Below, piece by piece: positions 10,175 to 20,268 of a DNA stretch of 64,000 bases; position 1 is the first letter of the stretch; the number at the start of each line of letters is the position of its first letter. Under the pieces are notes generated by a model. It was given only the letters and a program-made list of their open reading frames with translations, had not been told where the DNA came from and did no database searches. Source of the DNA: Geopsychrobacteraceae bacterium (GTDB taxonomy: Bacteria > Desulfobacterota > Desulfuromonadia > Desulfuromonadales > Geopsychrobacteraceae); the NCBI GenBank assembly GCA_963662315.1, contig OY759353.1, positions 3,392,001 through 3,456,000 of the forward strand. The letters are read 5' to 3'. The position numbers and the translations under genes were made by a program.

Positions 10175-11190
10175 ACCATTCCGAATTACTCAATCACCCC
10201 ATTGCCCAGCTGCTGCAGGAGCGTCCTTACCTTGATGATTTTCTGACCGCTCTGGCCATTGCCGTGACCGATTCCGCCCTCCCTTTGGGAGCTCTATTGA
10301 AAATGCAATCCGCTGAGCATCTCAGTGATTACGGTCTTGACCAGGAAACCCTGGTCCAGCAATGTCTCGATTTTTTGATTCAGATGGAGAAATTGCAGAA
10401 ACAGGAGCAGACCGCCATTCGCTCCATCACCATCAAAGCCGGTTTTGACAAAAGCGGCCAGCCCGAACCACAGGACCTGATCCTGCGTGCCGGAGAAGTT
10501 GTTTGTGTCGTCGGCCCGACCGGATCAGGCAAAAGCCGTCTGCTCGCCGATATCGAATGCCTGGCCCAGAAAGACACCCCCTCCGGGCGGCAAGTTCTCA
10601 TTGATGATGCCATTCCCGACGAACAGTTGCGCCTGTCAGGCGAGCGGCAACTGATTGCCCAGTTGTCTCAGAACATGAACTTTGTTATGGATCTCAGCGT
10701 TCGTGAATTCATCACCATGCACGCCGAAAGCCGCCTGGTCAACGACATTGCTGAGCGGGTCGAACAGATCTTTACCACCGCCGTTGACCTGGCAGGAGAA
10801 CCCTTTACCCTGGAAACACCGGTCACGGCTTTGTCCGGTGGCCAGTCACGCGCCCTGATGATCGCCGATGTCGCCTGCCTGAGCGCCTCCCCCATTGTGC
10901 TCATCGACGAAATCGAAAATGCCGGAGTTGATCGATTACGTGCCCTTGACCTCCTGGTCAAAAAGGAAAAGATGGTCCTCATGGCCACCCACGACCCGTT
11001 ACTGGCCCTATCCGGCGATCGGCGTCTGGTTATCCGTAACGGCGGTATTGTCGCCATTATCGAAACCAGCGCGGACGAACGTGCCGGACTGTCCCAACTG
11101 GCTCTGCTTGATGAAAAGCTGGCACGGCTGCGTAATCAGGTTCGACGGGGAGAACGCATCGTTTTTGACCTGCAGCAGTTTGGTTGTTGA
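10171..11190 (+). CDS. ABC-type ATPase with N-terminal extension
   Basis: GPTGSGKS, LSGGQ, IDEIEN, ATHD; ATGA overlap with the upstream gene. Confidence 0.85.
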   Translation: MNHSELLNHPIAQLLQERPYLDDFLTALAIAVTDSALPLGALLKMQSAEHLSDYGLDQETLVQQCLDFLIQMEKLQKQEQTAIRSITIKAGFDKSGQPEPQDLILRAGEVVCVVGPTGSGKSRLLADIECLAQKDTPSGRQVLIDDAIPDEQLRLSGERQLIAQLSQNMNFVMDLSVREFITMHAESRLVNDIAERVEQIFTTAVDLAGEPFTLETPVTALSGGQSRALMIADVACLSASPIVLIDEIENAGVDRLRALDLLVKKEKMVLMATHDPLLALSGDRRLVIRNGGIVAIIETSADERAGLSQLALLDEKLARLRNQVRRGERIVFDLQQFGC

Positions 11191-11314
11191 GGAGCAACAC
11201 GTACGGCGATAAAATTTTGACATCCGACCAAACGATATATTAGTATCTCCCTTCTTTTAAGCGATTTTCGGCGACTTTTAGTGACGATCTCTAGACTTTT
11301 CAAGGGGGGACAGG

Positions 11315-13429
11315 GTGGGCGACGTCAAATTGTCAAAGCTGACTTACGATCATGTTCGCGAATCGGATAGAGATCAATCTCAAAGCTCTTTCTTTGTCCT
11401 GAAACGCACGGCCACAAATCATGCAACGACCTATATCAGCAAGGGGGTTAAAGCCGTCTTGGGTTATAACCAGCATGATTTTTTCACCAATCCTGCGCTC
11501 TGGTTAAATATTCTTCACCCTGAGGACAAGCCTGTTGTTATGGCCAGCCTGTTCCGATTTAAAGGCGAAGGTCGTCTGGTCCTTACCTATCGGATTATGG
11601 ACAATTACGGGAAATATCGTTGGCTCCGCGATGATGTGAGGATTGTCCAGGTCGCTGGAATCAGCGAGATTATCGGTTGTTGTACCGATGTCACCGATCT
11701 CAAAATTCAGGAAAAAAAGTTCCGGCGTGTCCGTGCCCACTACAGCTATGCACAAAAAATTGCCCGCCTGGGGAGCTGGCATTTTGATATTCATACCCGG
11801 CGCCTGCAATGCTCCGATGAAGTTTTCAATATCTGCCATATGGATATTGGCCAAACACCTTCTTTTATCCAGTTTTACAAGCAGATCCATCCAGAAGATC
11901 GCAGCAAAGTCAAAAGCACTTTTAAGGAAATATACAAACATAAAACCGATCAGGAAGTTGAATATCGTATCAGAATAAAAGATGGCTCGACCCGTTATCT
12001 GCTTCTGCGGACTGGTGTTGAGAAAAATTTTCTAGATATCATTACCGAAATTACCGGTATCGTACTCGATATTACCGACAGGAAAATCTCAGAACTGCAG
12101 CTGCTCGAACAAAAATCTGAATTATCCTATATGGCTTATCACGACGCTTTGACCGGTTTGCCCAACAGAATTCTGTTCGAAGAAATTCTGTGCCGGGAGA
12201 TCAATAAAGCGGCGGAGAAACAACAGCAACTCGGTGTTATGATGGTTGATATTGATAAGTTTAAGAAAATCAATGACACCTATGGACATCACGTTGGTGA
12301 TGCATTGATTCAGGAATTTGCCACCCGCCTGAGCAGCTCGTTGCGTCGCCATGATACGGTATCACGCCTGGCCGGCGATGAATTTGCCATCGTTATCCCC
12401 GGTCCGACCAATCTGGAGGAGTTGTCACTGATTGCGAAGCAAATTCTCGCTTCGTTCAAAGAGCCCTTTTCTGCAGCATATCAGCAATATCTGACTCCCA
12501 GCATTGGTATCAGTATATATCCGAATGATGCCACTGATGCGGACGGCCTGTTGCGTCAGGCTGACGTTGCCATGTATGCCGCGAAAAAGGAACGTAACAG
12601 CTATAAATATTACCTTCCGGAGATGAATGCCACGGCGGAGGATCTGGTATCGTTGGAGAATGATCTGCGTCAGGCTATCAACAAGGATGAGTTGCTGCTT
12701 CACTATCAACCGCAGATTGACATGGAAACAGGTCAACTGATTGGTCTCGAAGCGATCCTGCGCTGGCAGCATCCGACACGGGGTTTGCTTAAAGCAGAGG
12801 ATTTTGTCGCATTGGCTGAAGAATCGGGTTTGATCGCTTCCATCGGCTTCTGGGGGCTGCGCCGGGCCTGTTATCAGTTAAGCGAGTTGAGGCTGAAAAG
12901 TGGCGCGAAATTTCGCATGTGCGTCAATATTTCGATACAGCAATTCATGCAACTCGACTTTATCCACCAGGTGGAAAATCTGCTCGAGGAAACCGGCGTT
13001 GATGCCCGATTTATTGAACTTGAAATCACCGAAAACATCGCCATGCAAAACTTGGAGGAGACAATCCATCAGCTCTCGTGCCTGCGAAAGCTGGGGTTCC
13101 GAATTGCCATTGATGATTTCGGAACCGGATATTCTTCGTTGAACTGTCTCAAACACCTGCCGATTAATACGCTGAAAATTGCTAAAGAGTTCGTTTCCGA
13201 TATCCTGACCGATCAATACGATTTTGTTATCACTGAAACCATACTCTCTTTGGCAAGAACTCTGAATATGGATGTCATTGCAGAAGGCGTTGAAAAGGAA
13301 GAGCAGAAATTGCTGCTGAGTCGCCTTGGCTGCAGATTGGGACAAGGCTACTTTTTCAACCCGCCGATGCTGTATGAAGAGGTTATTGCTTGTTATAAGG
13401 ACAGTGGACACATCCCCTGGCATATTTAA
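11315..13429 (+). CDS. PAS-PAS-GGDEF-EAL diguanylate cyclase/phosphodiesterase
   Basis: Two PAS domains (HPED), YHDALTGLPNR, AGDEF, EAI-LRW, DDFGTGYSS. Confidence 0.9.
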   Translation: MGDVKLSKLTYDHVRESDRDQSQSSFFVLKRTATNHATTYISKGVKAVLGYNQHDFFTNPALWLNILHPEDKPVVMASLFRFKGEGRLVLTYRIMDNYGKYRWLRDDVRIVQVAGISEIIGCCTDVTDLKIQEKKFRRVRAHYSYAQKIARLGSWHFDIHTRRLQCSDEVFNICHMDIGQTPSFIQFYKQIHPEDRSKVKSTFKEIYKHKTDQEVEYRIRIKDGSTRYLLLRTGVEKNFLDIITEITGIVLDITDRKISELQLLEQKSELSYMAYHDALTGLPNRILFEEILCREINKAAEKQQQLGVMMVDIDKFKKINDTYGHHVGDALIQEFATRLSSSLRRHDTVSRLAGDEFAIVIPGPTNLEELSLIAKQILASFKEPFSAAYQQYLTPSIGISIYPNDATDADGLLRQADVAMYAAKKERNSYKYYLPEMNATAEDLVSLENDLRQAINKDELLLHYQPQIDMETGQLIGLEAILRWQHPTRGLLKAEDFVALAEESGLIASIGFWGLRRACYQLSELRLKSGAKFRMCVNISIQQFMQLDFIHQVENLLEETGVDARFIELEITENIAMQNLEETIHQLSCLRKLGFRIAIDDFGTGYSSLNCLKHLPINTLKIAKEFVSDILTDQYDFVITETILSLARTLNMDVIAEGVEKEEQKLLLSRLGCRLGQGYFFNPPMLYEEVIACYKDSGHIPWHI

Positions 13430-13480
13430 CGATTTCGCTTTCACTGCCAAGCTGTCAAAGACTATGTCTGACGCCTGCCC

Positions 13481-14026
13481 CTAAAAAGGGAGCTTTCCCC
13501 GCAGATATTTTCCGCCACTCACGGTCCAGTCAGCAAGGGTGTGCGCGGCACTGCCGGTAATAAAACCAATCAATACCACGCCAATAGCTGCCGGTTGCTG
13601 ATAGGTAAGGTGGACAAATTGCTGCCATAAAACAGCGACCAGGTCAGGGCAGGGGATGCCGCACTGCCGGGTCCCCCAACTTATCACCTGAAGAATACTC
13701 AAAAGCAGAGCCGTAAAGTAGAGCAGCCGCAGCAACGGTGGTATAACCAGGCCGTGGCTGAGCCAGCGACTGCGATGGGGGACAAGCCACATATAGGGGC
13801 GCCAGATCCAGAACAGCGGCCCCCAGCGATTATCAATGGCAGAATCGATATCAAGATCAGGCGAGAACATCAGGCCGGAGAGCAAATGAGCTCCTGCCAG
13901 CAGGGCACAATTGATCCACATCTGCTGGGTCTCAAGCCCCTGGCTATGAAAGTAAAAGTACGTGGGGGGTGCCAGCGCAATGGCACTGGCTACCGTTAAA
14001 ATATCGTGAGTTTTCGCATTCGGCAT
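13481..14026 (-). CDS. DUF2227-like metal-binding membrane protein
   Basis: MPNAKTHD, SPDLD, HRSRWLSHG, HTLAD motifs. Confidence 0.75.
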   Translation of the reverse strand: MPNAKTHDILTVASAIALAPPTYFYFHSQGLETQQMWINCALLAGAHLLSGLMFSPDLDIDSAIDNRWGPLFWIWRPYMWLVPHRSRWLSHGLVIPPLLRLLYFTALLLSILQVISWGTRQCGIPCPDLVAVLWQQFVHLTYQQPAAIGVVLIGFITGSAAHTLADWTVSGGKYLRGKLPF

Positions 14027-14103
14027 ATTTCACCATCGTTCTGTCAGAAGAACAAACAGTCGCAACCGACTTTATCCTTCCGTGGTTCCCAAAATCACTA
14101 TTA

Positions 14104-15693
14104 TTAATGCTGAGATTCCTCTCCAGGTTGCCAAAGATAGTTCCAGACCTCGGTCAATGGCTGATTATGCACTTTAAGTATCAGGCGCATATCAACCGGA
14201 ATCTGATTGTCCGGCTCCAGTTTAAAAGCGACCCGCCAGGTCTTTCCATCCTCCAGTTTAACCGCATGGATATCCTTCGCCCTGCCATTTGTGGCACTGA
14301 AGTCTGCTTCTACGGGCAGGCTGGCAGGAAGTTGCGTCAACGGGCCTCCGGAAAAGTCAACAATGAATTGGCGGGTACTGCGCGGTGGGGGATTTTCCAT
14401 TCCGGGAACCGCTCCCCAACCGATGCGGGTCTGTACGACATGGCCCAACACCTGCTGCGGCAGCAGAGCATCAAAACAGGACAGTTTATAACGTATGTGG
14501 ATAGGCTGACCCGCCCGCACCGGTGTGGCACTCACCCAATATGCAACAATGTTGTCGTTGGTTTCCATGCCACTGGGAATCTCCACTAATTCGATTCTGC
14601 CCTTGCCCCAATCATCCAGTGGTTCAACCCACAGGCTGGGACGCTTTTCGTAATGGGCTTCATTATCTTCATAATGGGAGAACTGGCGATCACGCTGTAC
14701 CAGACCGAAACCAACGGGATTTTGAATGACCTGAGATGTCGCCTGCAACTGTTGCGGATTGATCAGCGGGCGCCATATCCATTCCGGCTGCCGGGTCTGT
14801 ATCAGCAAGCCGTCAGAGTCATGGACTTCGGGACGGAAATCATCCGGATTATGGGTTTTATTTTCACCGAAAAAGAACATGCTGGTCAGTGGTGCGATCC
14901 CCAGTTTATGAATTTCGACACGCGGAAACAAACGGGCCTCGACAACCATACTGGTTGGCTGATCCGGGGACACCTCAAAACGATAGGCACCGCTGATGGA
15001 GGGGCTGTCCAGCAGGGCGTAAATGGTTAACCGACGCTCTTGCGCCTGAGGTTTAACCAGCCAGAACTCACGAAACACAGGAAATTCTTCAGCGCCCAGC
15101 GTTGCGGTATTGATGGCAAGACCACGGGCCGACAGGCCGTACCGATGGCCGGCACCAATCAAACGAAAGTATGAGGCCCCCTGAAAGACCAGGAATTCAT
15201 CTTTATAGGAGCTGGAATTAAGGGGGAAGTGAATACGAAAGCCCGCATATCCCAAATGTCTGGCTTTGACTTTTGCCAACGATTTGGCTTCATTGTCAAA
15301 GTTGAACAGGGCAGGATCAAAATCAAATTCTTTTGGTCGCGACTGTTGATCCTCAGCAATAGCGATAGTGACAGGTTCCTTGTACAAAAAGCCTGGGGGA
15401 AACAGTTGGATTTCAAACGGGGAATCGCCTCTCCATAAACTTGCTTCCGGGCGAAAGCGAATTGAGCGATACTGCTGATAGGTCATATTGGCCAGTTCTT
15501 CTGGCACCTGAATGTCTGGTTTTTGGTAGGTTTCTGCTGCGAGCTCTTTCGCCTTTGTCGTCATGCGATCAAACAGGTCAATGCCCTGAGCAAATGCTGG
15601 CTGTTGATTCGCTATGCAGATCAAAACGGCAATGAGCAAGTAGCCCATGCCATGCAAAAGTAACTGTTTCGATGAATGCGTCTCTCTTTTCAT
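14104..15693 (-). CDS. opgG: Periplasmic glucan biosynthesis protein G/D family
   Basis: YRSIRFRP, FQGASYFR, YGLSARGLAINT, RPEVHDSDGL, ETNDNIVAYW. Confidence 0.9.
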   Translation of the reverse strand: MKRETHSSKQLLLHGMGYLLIAVLICIANQQPAFAQGIDLFDRMTTKAKELAAETYQKPDIQVPEELANMTYQQYRSIRFRPEASLWRGDSPFEIQLFPPGFLYKEPVTIAIAEDQQSRPKEFDFDPALFNFDNEAKSLAKVKARHLGYAGFRIHFPLNSSSYKDEFLVFQGASYFRLIGAGHRYGLSARGLAINTATLGAEEFPVFREFWLVKPQAQERRLTIYALLDSPSISGAYRFEVSPDQPTSMVVEARLFPRVEIHKLGIAPLTSMFFFGENKTHNPDDFRPEVHDSDGLLIQTRQPEWIWRPLINPQQLQATSQVIQNPVGFGLVQRDRQFSHYEDNEAHYEKRPSLWVEPLDDWGKGRIELVEIPSGMETNDNIVAYWVSATPVRAGQPIHIRYKLSCFDALLPQQVLGHVVQTRIGWGAVPGMENPPPRSTRQFIVDFSGGPLTQLPASLPVEADFSATNGRAKDIHAVKLEDGKTWRVAFKLEPDNQIPVDMRLILKVHNQPLTEVWNYLWQPGEESQH

Positions 15694-16163
15694 TTAGATA
15701 TTCCTTCTGCTTTTCATTTGTGCGGTTGTATTGGCTGTCACTCCTCGGCGTAAAACCGTGACAAGGGTCGGCGCTGTATACAATAATCAGATCCGGAAAG
15801 ATAAACCTGAAAAGCTTTCGAATGGATTTTCGGCACTGTCTTTCCCAACAGACTTTCCGTAGGAAAAGGGTAACCCTATAACCGCCGTATCATGCCATCG
15901 ATAGACCTTTTATTTGATTTTCTATTTAATATCTGATGCGTTATGGATCTTATATTAAAATATTCACCACCTCCAGAAGAAACTGCAGTGTCTCAACGCA
16001 CTAATGCCAATAAATGATCCAGTGCGTTGGTAACCGCAGCGCAAACTGATAGAGTGGAATTTCCAAAGGCGAGCGTGCTATGTTCAACGCCAGAACTGAA
16101 ACATCTTATGCTTATCTTAAAGACCTTTGCCTGTGAAAAACCATAAATCCTCAAGGGGGACAC

Positions 16164-17696
16164 ATGTATAAGTATCTACTCACTTTATTCCTTTATGTTT
16201 TATCCACCACTATTGCCACCGCCCAACCGGTCAAGGTCCTCCTGTACCCGGGCGGAGCTACCGTCTTTGAGCAGCAGACCGTTTCCGCCGGTCAATCTTC
16301 GGTGACCCTCGAATTACCCCAGGTTGCTACACCACAGGCGTTGCGCGCCTCCTTGACTGGGACCTCTCCTGCCGCTATCCGTGAGTTGGAATACCGTTCG
16401 GTGCTGCCTGCAGGCAGTCAGTCTCCGCAGCTTGAAGCAAAAATTCAGGAGTTGGAAAAGACGCTGAAAAAGCTGGAAAATGAACAACGTGCCCATCAAT
16501 TGGCGGTAGTCTACTGGAGTAATCAAAAACCCGATCCTCAGGCCACGCCCGCAGCAGCACAACAGCTGGCAGCAGTCATCATCAGTGAAAGCAACAAGCA
16601 ACTGGATGAAGTCAGCCGGCTGCAACTTGCGCTTGACAAGGTCAAAGACGAACTGAAAGAAGCTCAGCGCCAACTGGCAGAACAAAGCGGCAATAATAAG
16701 CGTGTTTGGCAGGTTGTTATCAGTTTCTCGGCGCCTTTAGCGGCTGATGCGGTTGTTGTCTACAACTATCCAATTCACCAGGCGGGCTGGCACTCTGAAT
16801 ACAATATCAACGCCGTTCCCGCCAGTGCTGCTGTCAACTGGACCTGGGATGCGGTAATCAAACAGACCAGTGGTCTTGATTGGCCCGCTGTGTCCGTGGC
16901 AATTGCGACCAGAGAGCCGGTATTCAGTCTGACCCCACCGGAGAATTATGACTGGAATATTTATCAATATACTGATAACTCTCGATACGCAAAAAGCAGC
17001 AGAGTAACAATGGACGCAGCAGTACCGGAGATGGATTCCCTTGCCAAAAGTGTCGTACCCATGGCCGTCATGGAGCCGGTGCGTAGCGAAGGGCAGATTT
17101 TCGATATGTATGAAATGGGGACACTGACCCTTAAATCGGGACAACCGGTACGCATCAATGTGCGCCAGGGATCCTGGCCTGCTCATTTCAGTTATCTGGT
17201 CAGACCGCAGCAAAGTACCGATGCCTTCCTCATGGCACACATCACTATCGGTAAAGATGTTCCTGCCTTACCGTCTGGAAACGCGGCCATCCAACTGGAA
17301 GGGGTCTATGTTGGCAAACGGCCTTTTTCTTTGACCGAAAAACAGGATATGGACATCAGCTTCGGCAATGATCCGGCCCTGGTGGTTAAAGTCAAAACTG
17401 ATCATGTCGCCGGAGATAAAGGGGTGATCAGTAAAAGTAAAACCTACCAGTGGAACTGGGCAATCAGCTTCATCAACACCAAAACGACGGCTGTTGATTT
17501 AAGAGTCGAAGACAGTTATCCCCACATTGGCCATGATAAAATTGAAGTTGAAGAACTCTTTAGCGAACCGTTGCCAACGAAAAAAGATGACCGGATCAGT
17601 TGGGAGTTCAAGCTTGAGGCAGGGCAGGATAAAATGCTGAAGTATGGTTACCAGATCAGTTATCCCTATGACATGGAGATCAATAAGGGGCGTTAG
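16164..17696 (+). CDS. DUF4140/DUF4139 (MuiA-like) exported protein
   Basis: Signal peptide, VLLYPGGATV, coiled coil, QTSGLDW, ISFGND. Confidence 0.75.
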   Translation: MYKYLLTLFLYVLSTTIATAQPVKVLLYPGGATVFEQQTVSAGQSSVTLELPQVATPQALRASLTGTSPAAIRELEYRSVLPAGSQSPQLEAKIQELEKTLKKLENEQRAHQLAVVYWSNQKPDPQATPAAAQQLAAVIISESNKQLDEVSRLQLALDKVKDELKEAQRQLAEQSGNNKRVWQVVISFSAPLAADAVVVYNYPIHQAGWHSEYNINAVPASAAVNWTWDAVIKQTSGLDWPAVSVAIATREPVFSLTPPENYDWNIYQYTDNSRYAKSSRVTMDAAVPEMDSLAKSVVPMAVMEPVRSEGQIFDMYEMGTLTLKSGQPVRINVRQGSWPAHFSYLVRPQQSTDAFLMAHITIGKDVPALPSGNAAIQLEGVYVGKRPFSLTEKQDMDISFGNDPALVVKVKTDHVAGDKGVISKSKTYQWNWAISFINTKTTAVDLRVEDSYPHIGHDKIEVEELFSEPLPTKKDDRISWEFKLEAGQDKMLKYGYQISYPYDMEINKGR

Positions 17697-17955
17697 GATT
17701 ACACCCCGCAGCATAATGAATGCTACGCATGGTCGTTCCACTTTATAGCAATGATCATTGCCTGTTGTTTTTGTCGGGGATGAAGCGTGTGTAGTGCAAT
17801 TATTAGGCTTTTTAAGCCATATATGAATGCATTGCCATCGTCTATCCGGCAATGATATATAATCTGTCTTTCGCACTTATATTATTGTTTTGCTACCACA
17901 CGGGAGGGGGGAGCTAGCCACACAGCTGCGCCCTTTCTTTGCCAAGGGCTATCTC

Positions 17956-18564
17956 ATGATCACTATCTACGATTTAAAACCCAAGTTTCAGAACCTGTTA
18001 CGCCCCATCTGCAATTCATTGGCCGCCAGAGGAATTACAGCAAACCAGGTAACCCTGGCGGCTCTGGCCCTATCCCTGGTCACAGGCTTGTTAATCGTGG
18101 CATTTCACAGGTGGCAAGGGATCTTTCTACTGGTTCCCTTGATATTGTTTATACGCATGGCCCTCAACGCTATTGATGGCATGTTGGCCCGGGAACATAA
18201 CATGGCTTCCCCCCTGGGAGCGCTGCTGAATGAATTGGGGGATGTCATTTCTGATACGGCGATCTATCTCCCCTTTGCTCTGCATCTGAGCAACTCGACA
18301 ATTCTGATTATTCTCTGTGTAATCCTTGCCATCCTCAGTGAAATGACGGGGGTTCTGGCTTGCCAGATCAACTGCCAGCGACGTTATGACGGTCCCATGG
18401 GAAAAAGTGACCGGGCTTTTGTCTTTGGTCTCCTCGGTCTGCTGCTCGCATTTCATGTCGCCATTGATCCATGGCTTCCGGCCCTGTTTGTCATCCTCAA
18501 CCTGTTGCTAATACTGACCATCTATAATCGTGGTAGAAAAGCCCTGCAGGAGTATGAAGCATGA
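17956..18564 (+). CDS. CDP-alcohol phosphatidyltransferase (YnbA-like)
   Basis: IYDLKPKFQNLLRP, NAIDGMLAR...G..LNELGDVISD, GPMGKSDR. Confidence 0.88.
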   Translation: MITIYDLKPKFQNLLRPICNSLAARGITANQVTLAALALSLVTGLLIVAFHRWQGIFLLVPLILFIRMALNAIDGMLAREHNMASPLGALLNELGDVISDTAIYLPFALHLSNSTILIILCVILAILSEMTGVLACQINCQRRYDGPMGKSDRAFVFGLLGLLLAFHVAIDPWLPALFVILNLLLILTIYNRGRKALQEYEA

Positions 18565-19502
18565 ACTGGACACCACCGCCTCAGACCATCTGCCTCTTTA
18601 TGGGGGCTATCGTTGCCGTGCTGGTCTGCGCCAGTCTGGCCGTTTACCTCCTGAAGCTGAAAACGCCCCACAAGGATCACTCCGAACTGATCCTGCGCAT
18701 GAAGAGCTGGTGGCTGATTATTTTTCTGTTTTTCGGGGTATTGCTGATTTCAAAGAGTGTTGCCATCACTTTTTTTGCGTTTATCTCCTACCTGGCATTA
18801 AAGGAGTATTTTTCCCTGATTCCGACCCGCCGCGTTGACCGTCGGGTTTTGTTCTGGGCGTACCTGGCCATTCCGATTCAGTATTGGTGGGTCTACAGTG
18901 AATGGTATGGCATGTTTATTATTTTCATTCCGGTGTACATGTTCCTGTTTCTGCCCACGCGCATGGTCCTGCATGGAGAAACAGCGGGATTCCTTAAATC
19001 GGCCGGAACTCTGCACTGGGGATTGATGACCACTGTATTTAGCCTCAGCCATATCGCTTATCTGTTGGTGCTACCTGATGAATTGGCAACCAGTGTCAGT
19101 GGTGTCGGGCTGGTACTTTACCTCGCTTGCCTGACGGAATTGAATGACATTGCCCAATACATCTGGGGGAAATCCCTTGGTAATCGCAAAGTGGTCCCTA
19201 AGGTCAGTCCCAACAAATCATGGGCAGGACTCCTTGGCGGTATTGTCACCACAACTGTACTGTCTATGTTCTTGGCCCCCCTGCTGACCCCGCTGTCTAC
19301 TGTCGATGCCCTTCTGGTTGGACTGTTACTGAGTATCAGTGGTTTTTTTGGCGATGTCACCATCTCGGCGGTCAAGCGTGATATCGGCATCAAGGATTCC
19401 GGTTCCATTCTGCCCGGTCACGGCGGCATTCTTGATCGTCTCGACAGTATGACCTTCACCGCACCACTGTTTTTACATTTTATGCGCTATTACTATTTCT
19501 GA
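18561..19502 (+). CDS. Phosphatidate cytidylyltransferase (YnbB-like)
   Basis: SPNKSWAG, KRDIGIKDSG..LPGHGGILDRLDS. Confidence 0.9.
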   Translation: MNWTPPPQTICLFMGAIVAVLVCASLAVYLLKLKTPHKDHSELILRMKSWWLIIFLFFGVLLISKSVAITFFAFISYLALKEYFSLIPTRRVDRRVLFWAYLAIPIQYWWVYSEWYGMFIIFIPVYMFLFLPTRMVLHGETAGFLKSAGTLHWGLMTTVFSLSHIAYLLVLPDELATSVSGVGLVLYLACLTELNDIAQYIWGKSLGNRKVVPKVSPNKSWAGLLGGIVTTTVLSMFLAPLLTPLSTVDALLVGLLLSISGFFGDVTISAVKRDIGIKDSGSILPGHGGILDRLDSMTFTAPLFLHFMRYYYF

Positions 19503-19505
19503 TTT

Positions 19506-20147
19506 ATGACTTGTCTTATGCGTAACATATTTTTTCTATTCATTGTCCGCCCATTAGTCCTGCTGGGCCTGGGACTCTGTGTGCGCAATCGTAATCGGCT
19601 CCCCAGCAGCGGGCCGGCTATTATTGTTGCCAACCACAACAGCCACCTTGATACCATGGTCCTGCTATCCCTGTTTCCTCTGGCCATCCTTCCCCAGGTC
19701 AGACCGGTCGCGGCTATTGATTACTTTTTCAAGAACCGGCCCCTGGCCTGGTTTGCGACCCATATCATCGGGATTATCCCGCTCCAGCGTCAGGTTCGCA
19801 AAAGTGCAGGCAATCCTCTACAAGTCTGCTCCCAGGCATTGGAGGAGGGGAAGATACTCATTCTGTTTCCCGAAGGAAGCCGCGGTGTTCCTGAGCAACT
19901 CAGCCGTTTCAAAACCGGCATCGCCCATCTCGCCGAGCAACACCCGCAGATCCCCATCGTCCCGGTTTTCATGCATGGCCTGGGGAAAGCGTTGCCCAAG
20001 GGAGAAACCCTGCTGGTCCCCTTTTTCTGTGATATCGCCATAGGGATTCCATGCTTTTGGTCCAATGATCGCGCTCTTTTTATGACAGGCCTCGATCACC
20101 AGTTTCACGACCTGTCCAACCTGATCAACATTCCTGAGTGGGACTGA
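19506..20147 (+). CDS. Lysophospholipid acyltransferase (PlsC family)
   Basis: NHNSHLD (HxxxxD), FPEGSRG. Confidence 0.88.
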   Translation: MTCLMRNIFFLFIVRPLVLLGLGLCVRNRNRLPSSGPAIIVANHNSHLDTMVLLSLFPLAILPQVRPVAAIDYFFKNRPLAWFATHIIGIIPLQRQVRKSAGNPLQVCSQALEEGKILILFPEGSRGVPEQLSRFKTGIAHLAEQHPQIPIVPVFMHGLGKALPKGETLLVPFFCDIAIGIPCFWSNDRALFMTGLDHQFHDLSNLINIPEWD

Positions 20148-20268
20148 CCAAGGTCAGGCAAAGCAAAAGTGAATTGCTTTTGAAAGCTCTAGATATTAAA
20201 GGTACTCATAATGAATACTTCGAACCCTTAACTCATCACTCACAGAAAAAAGATTAACAATAAATCCT

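Noticed and set aside
13969..14589. 206-aa + strand ORF and other long antisense ORFs (34312, 36605, 43347, 52449)
   Set aside because: Shadow frames of well-supported genes on the opposite strand, with no motifs
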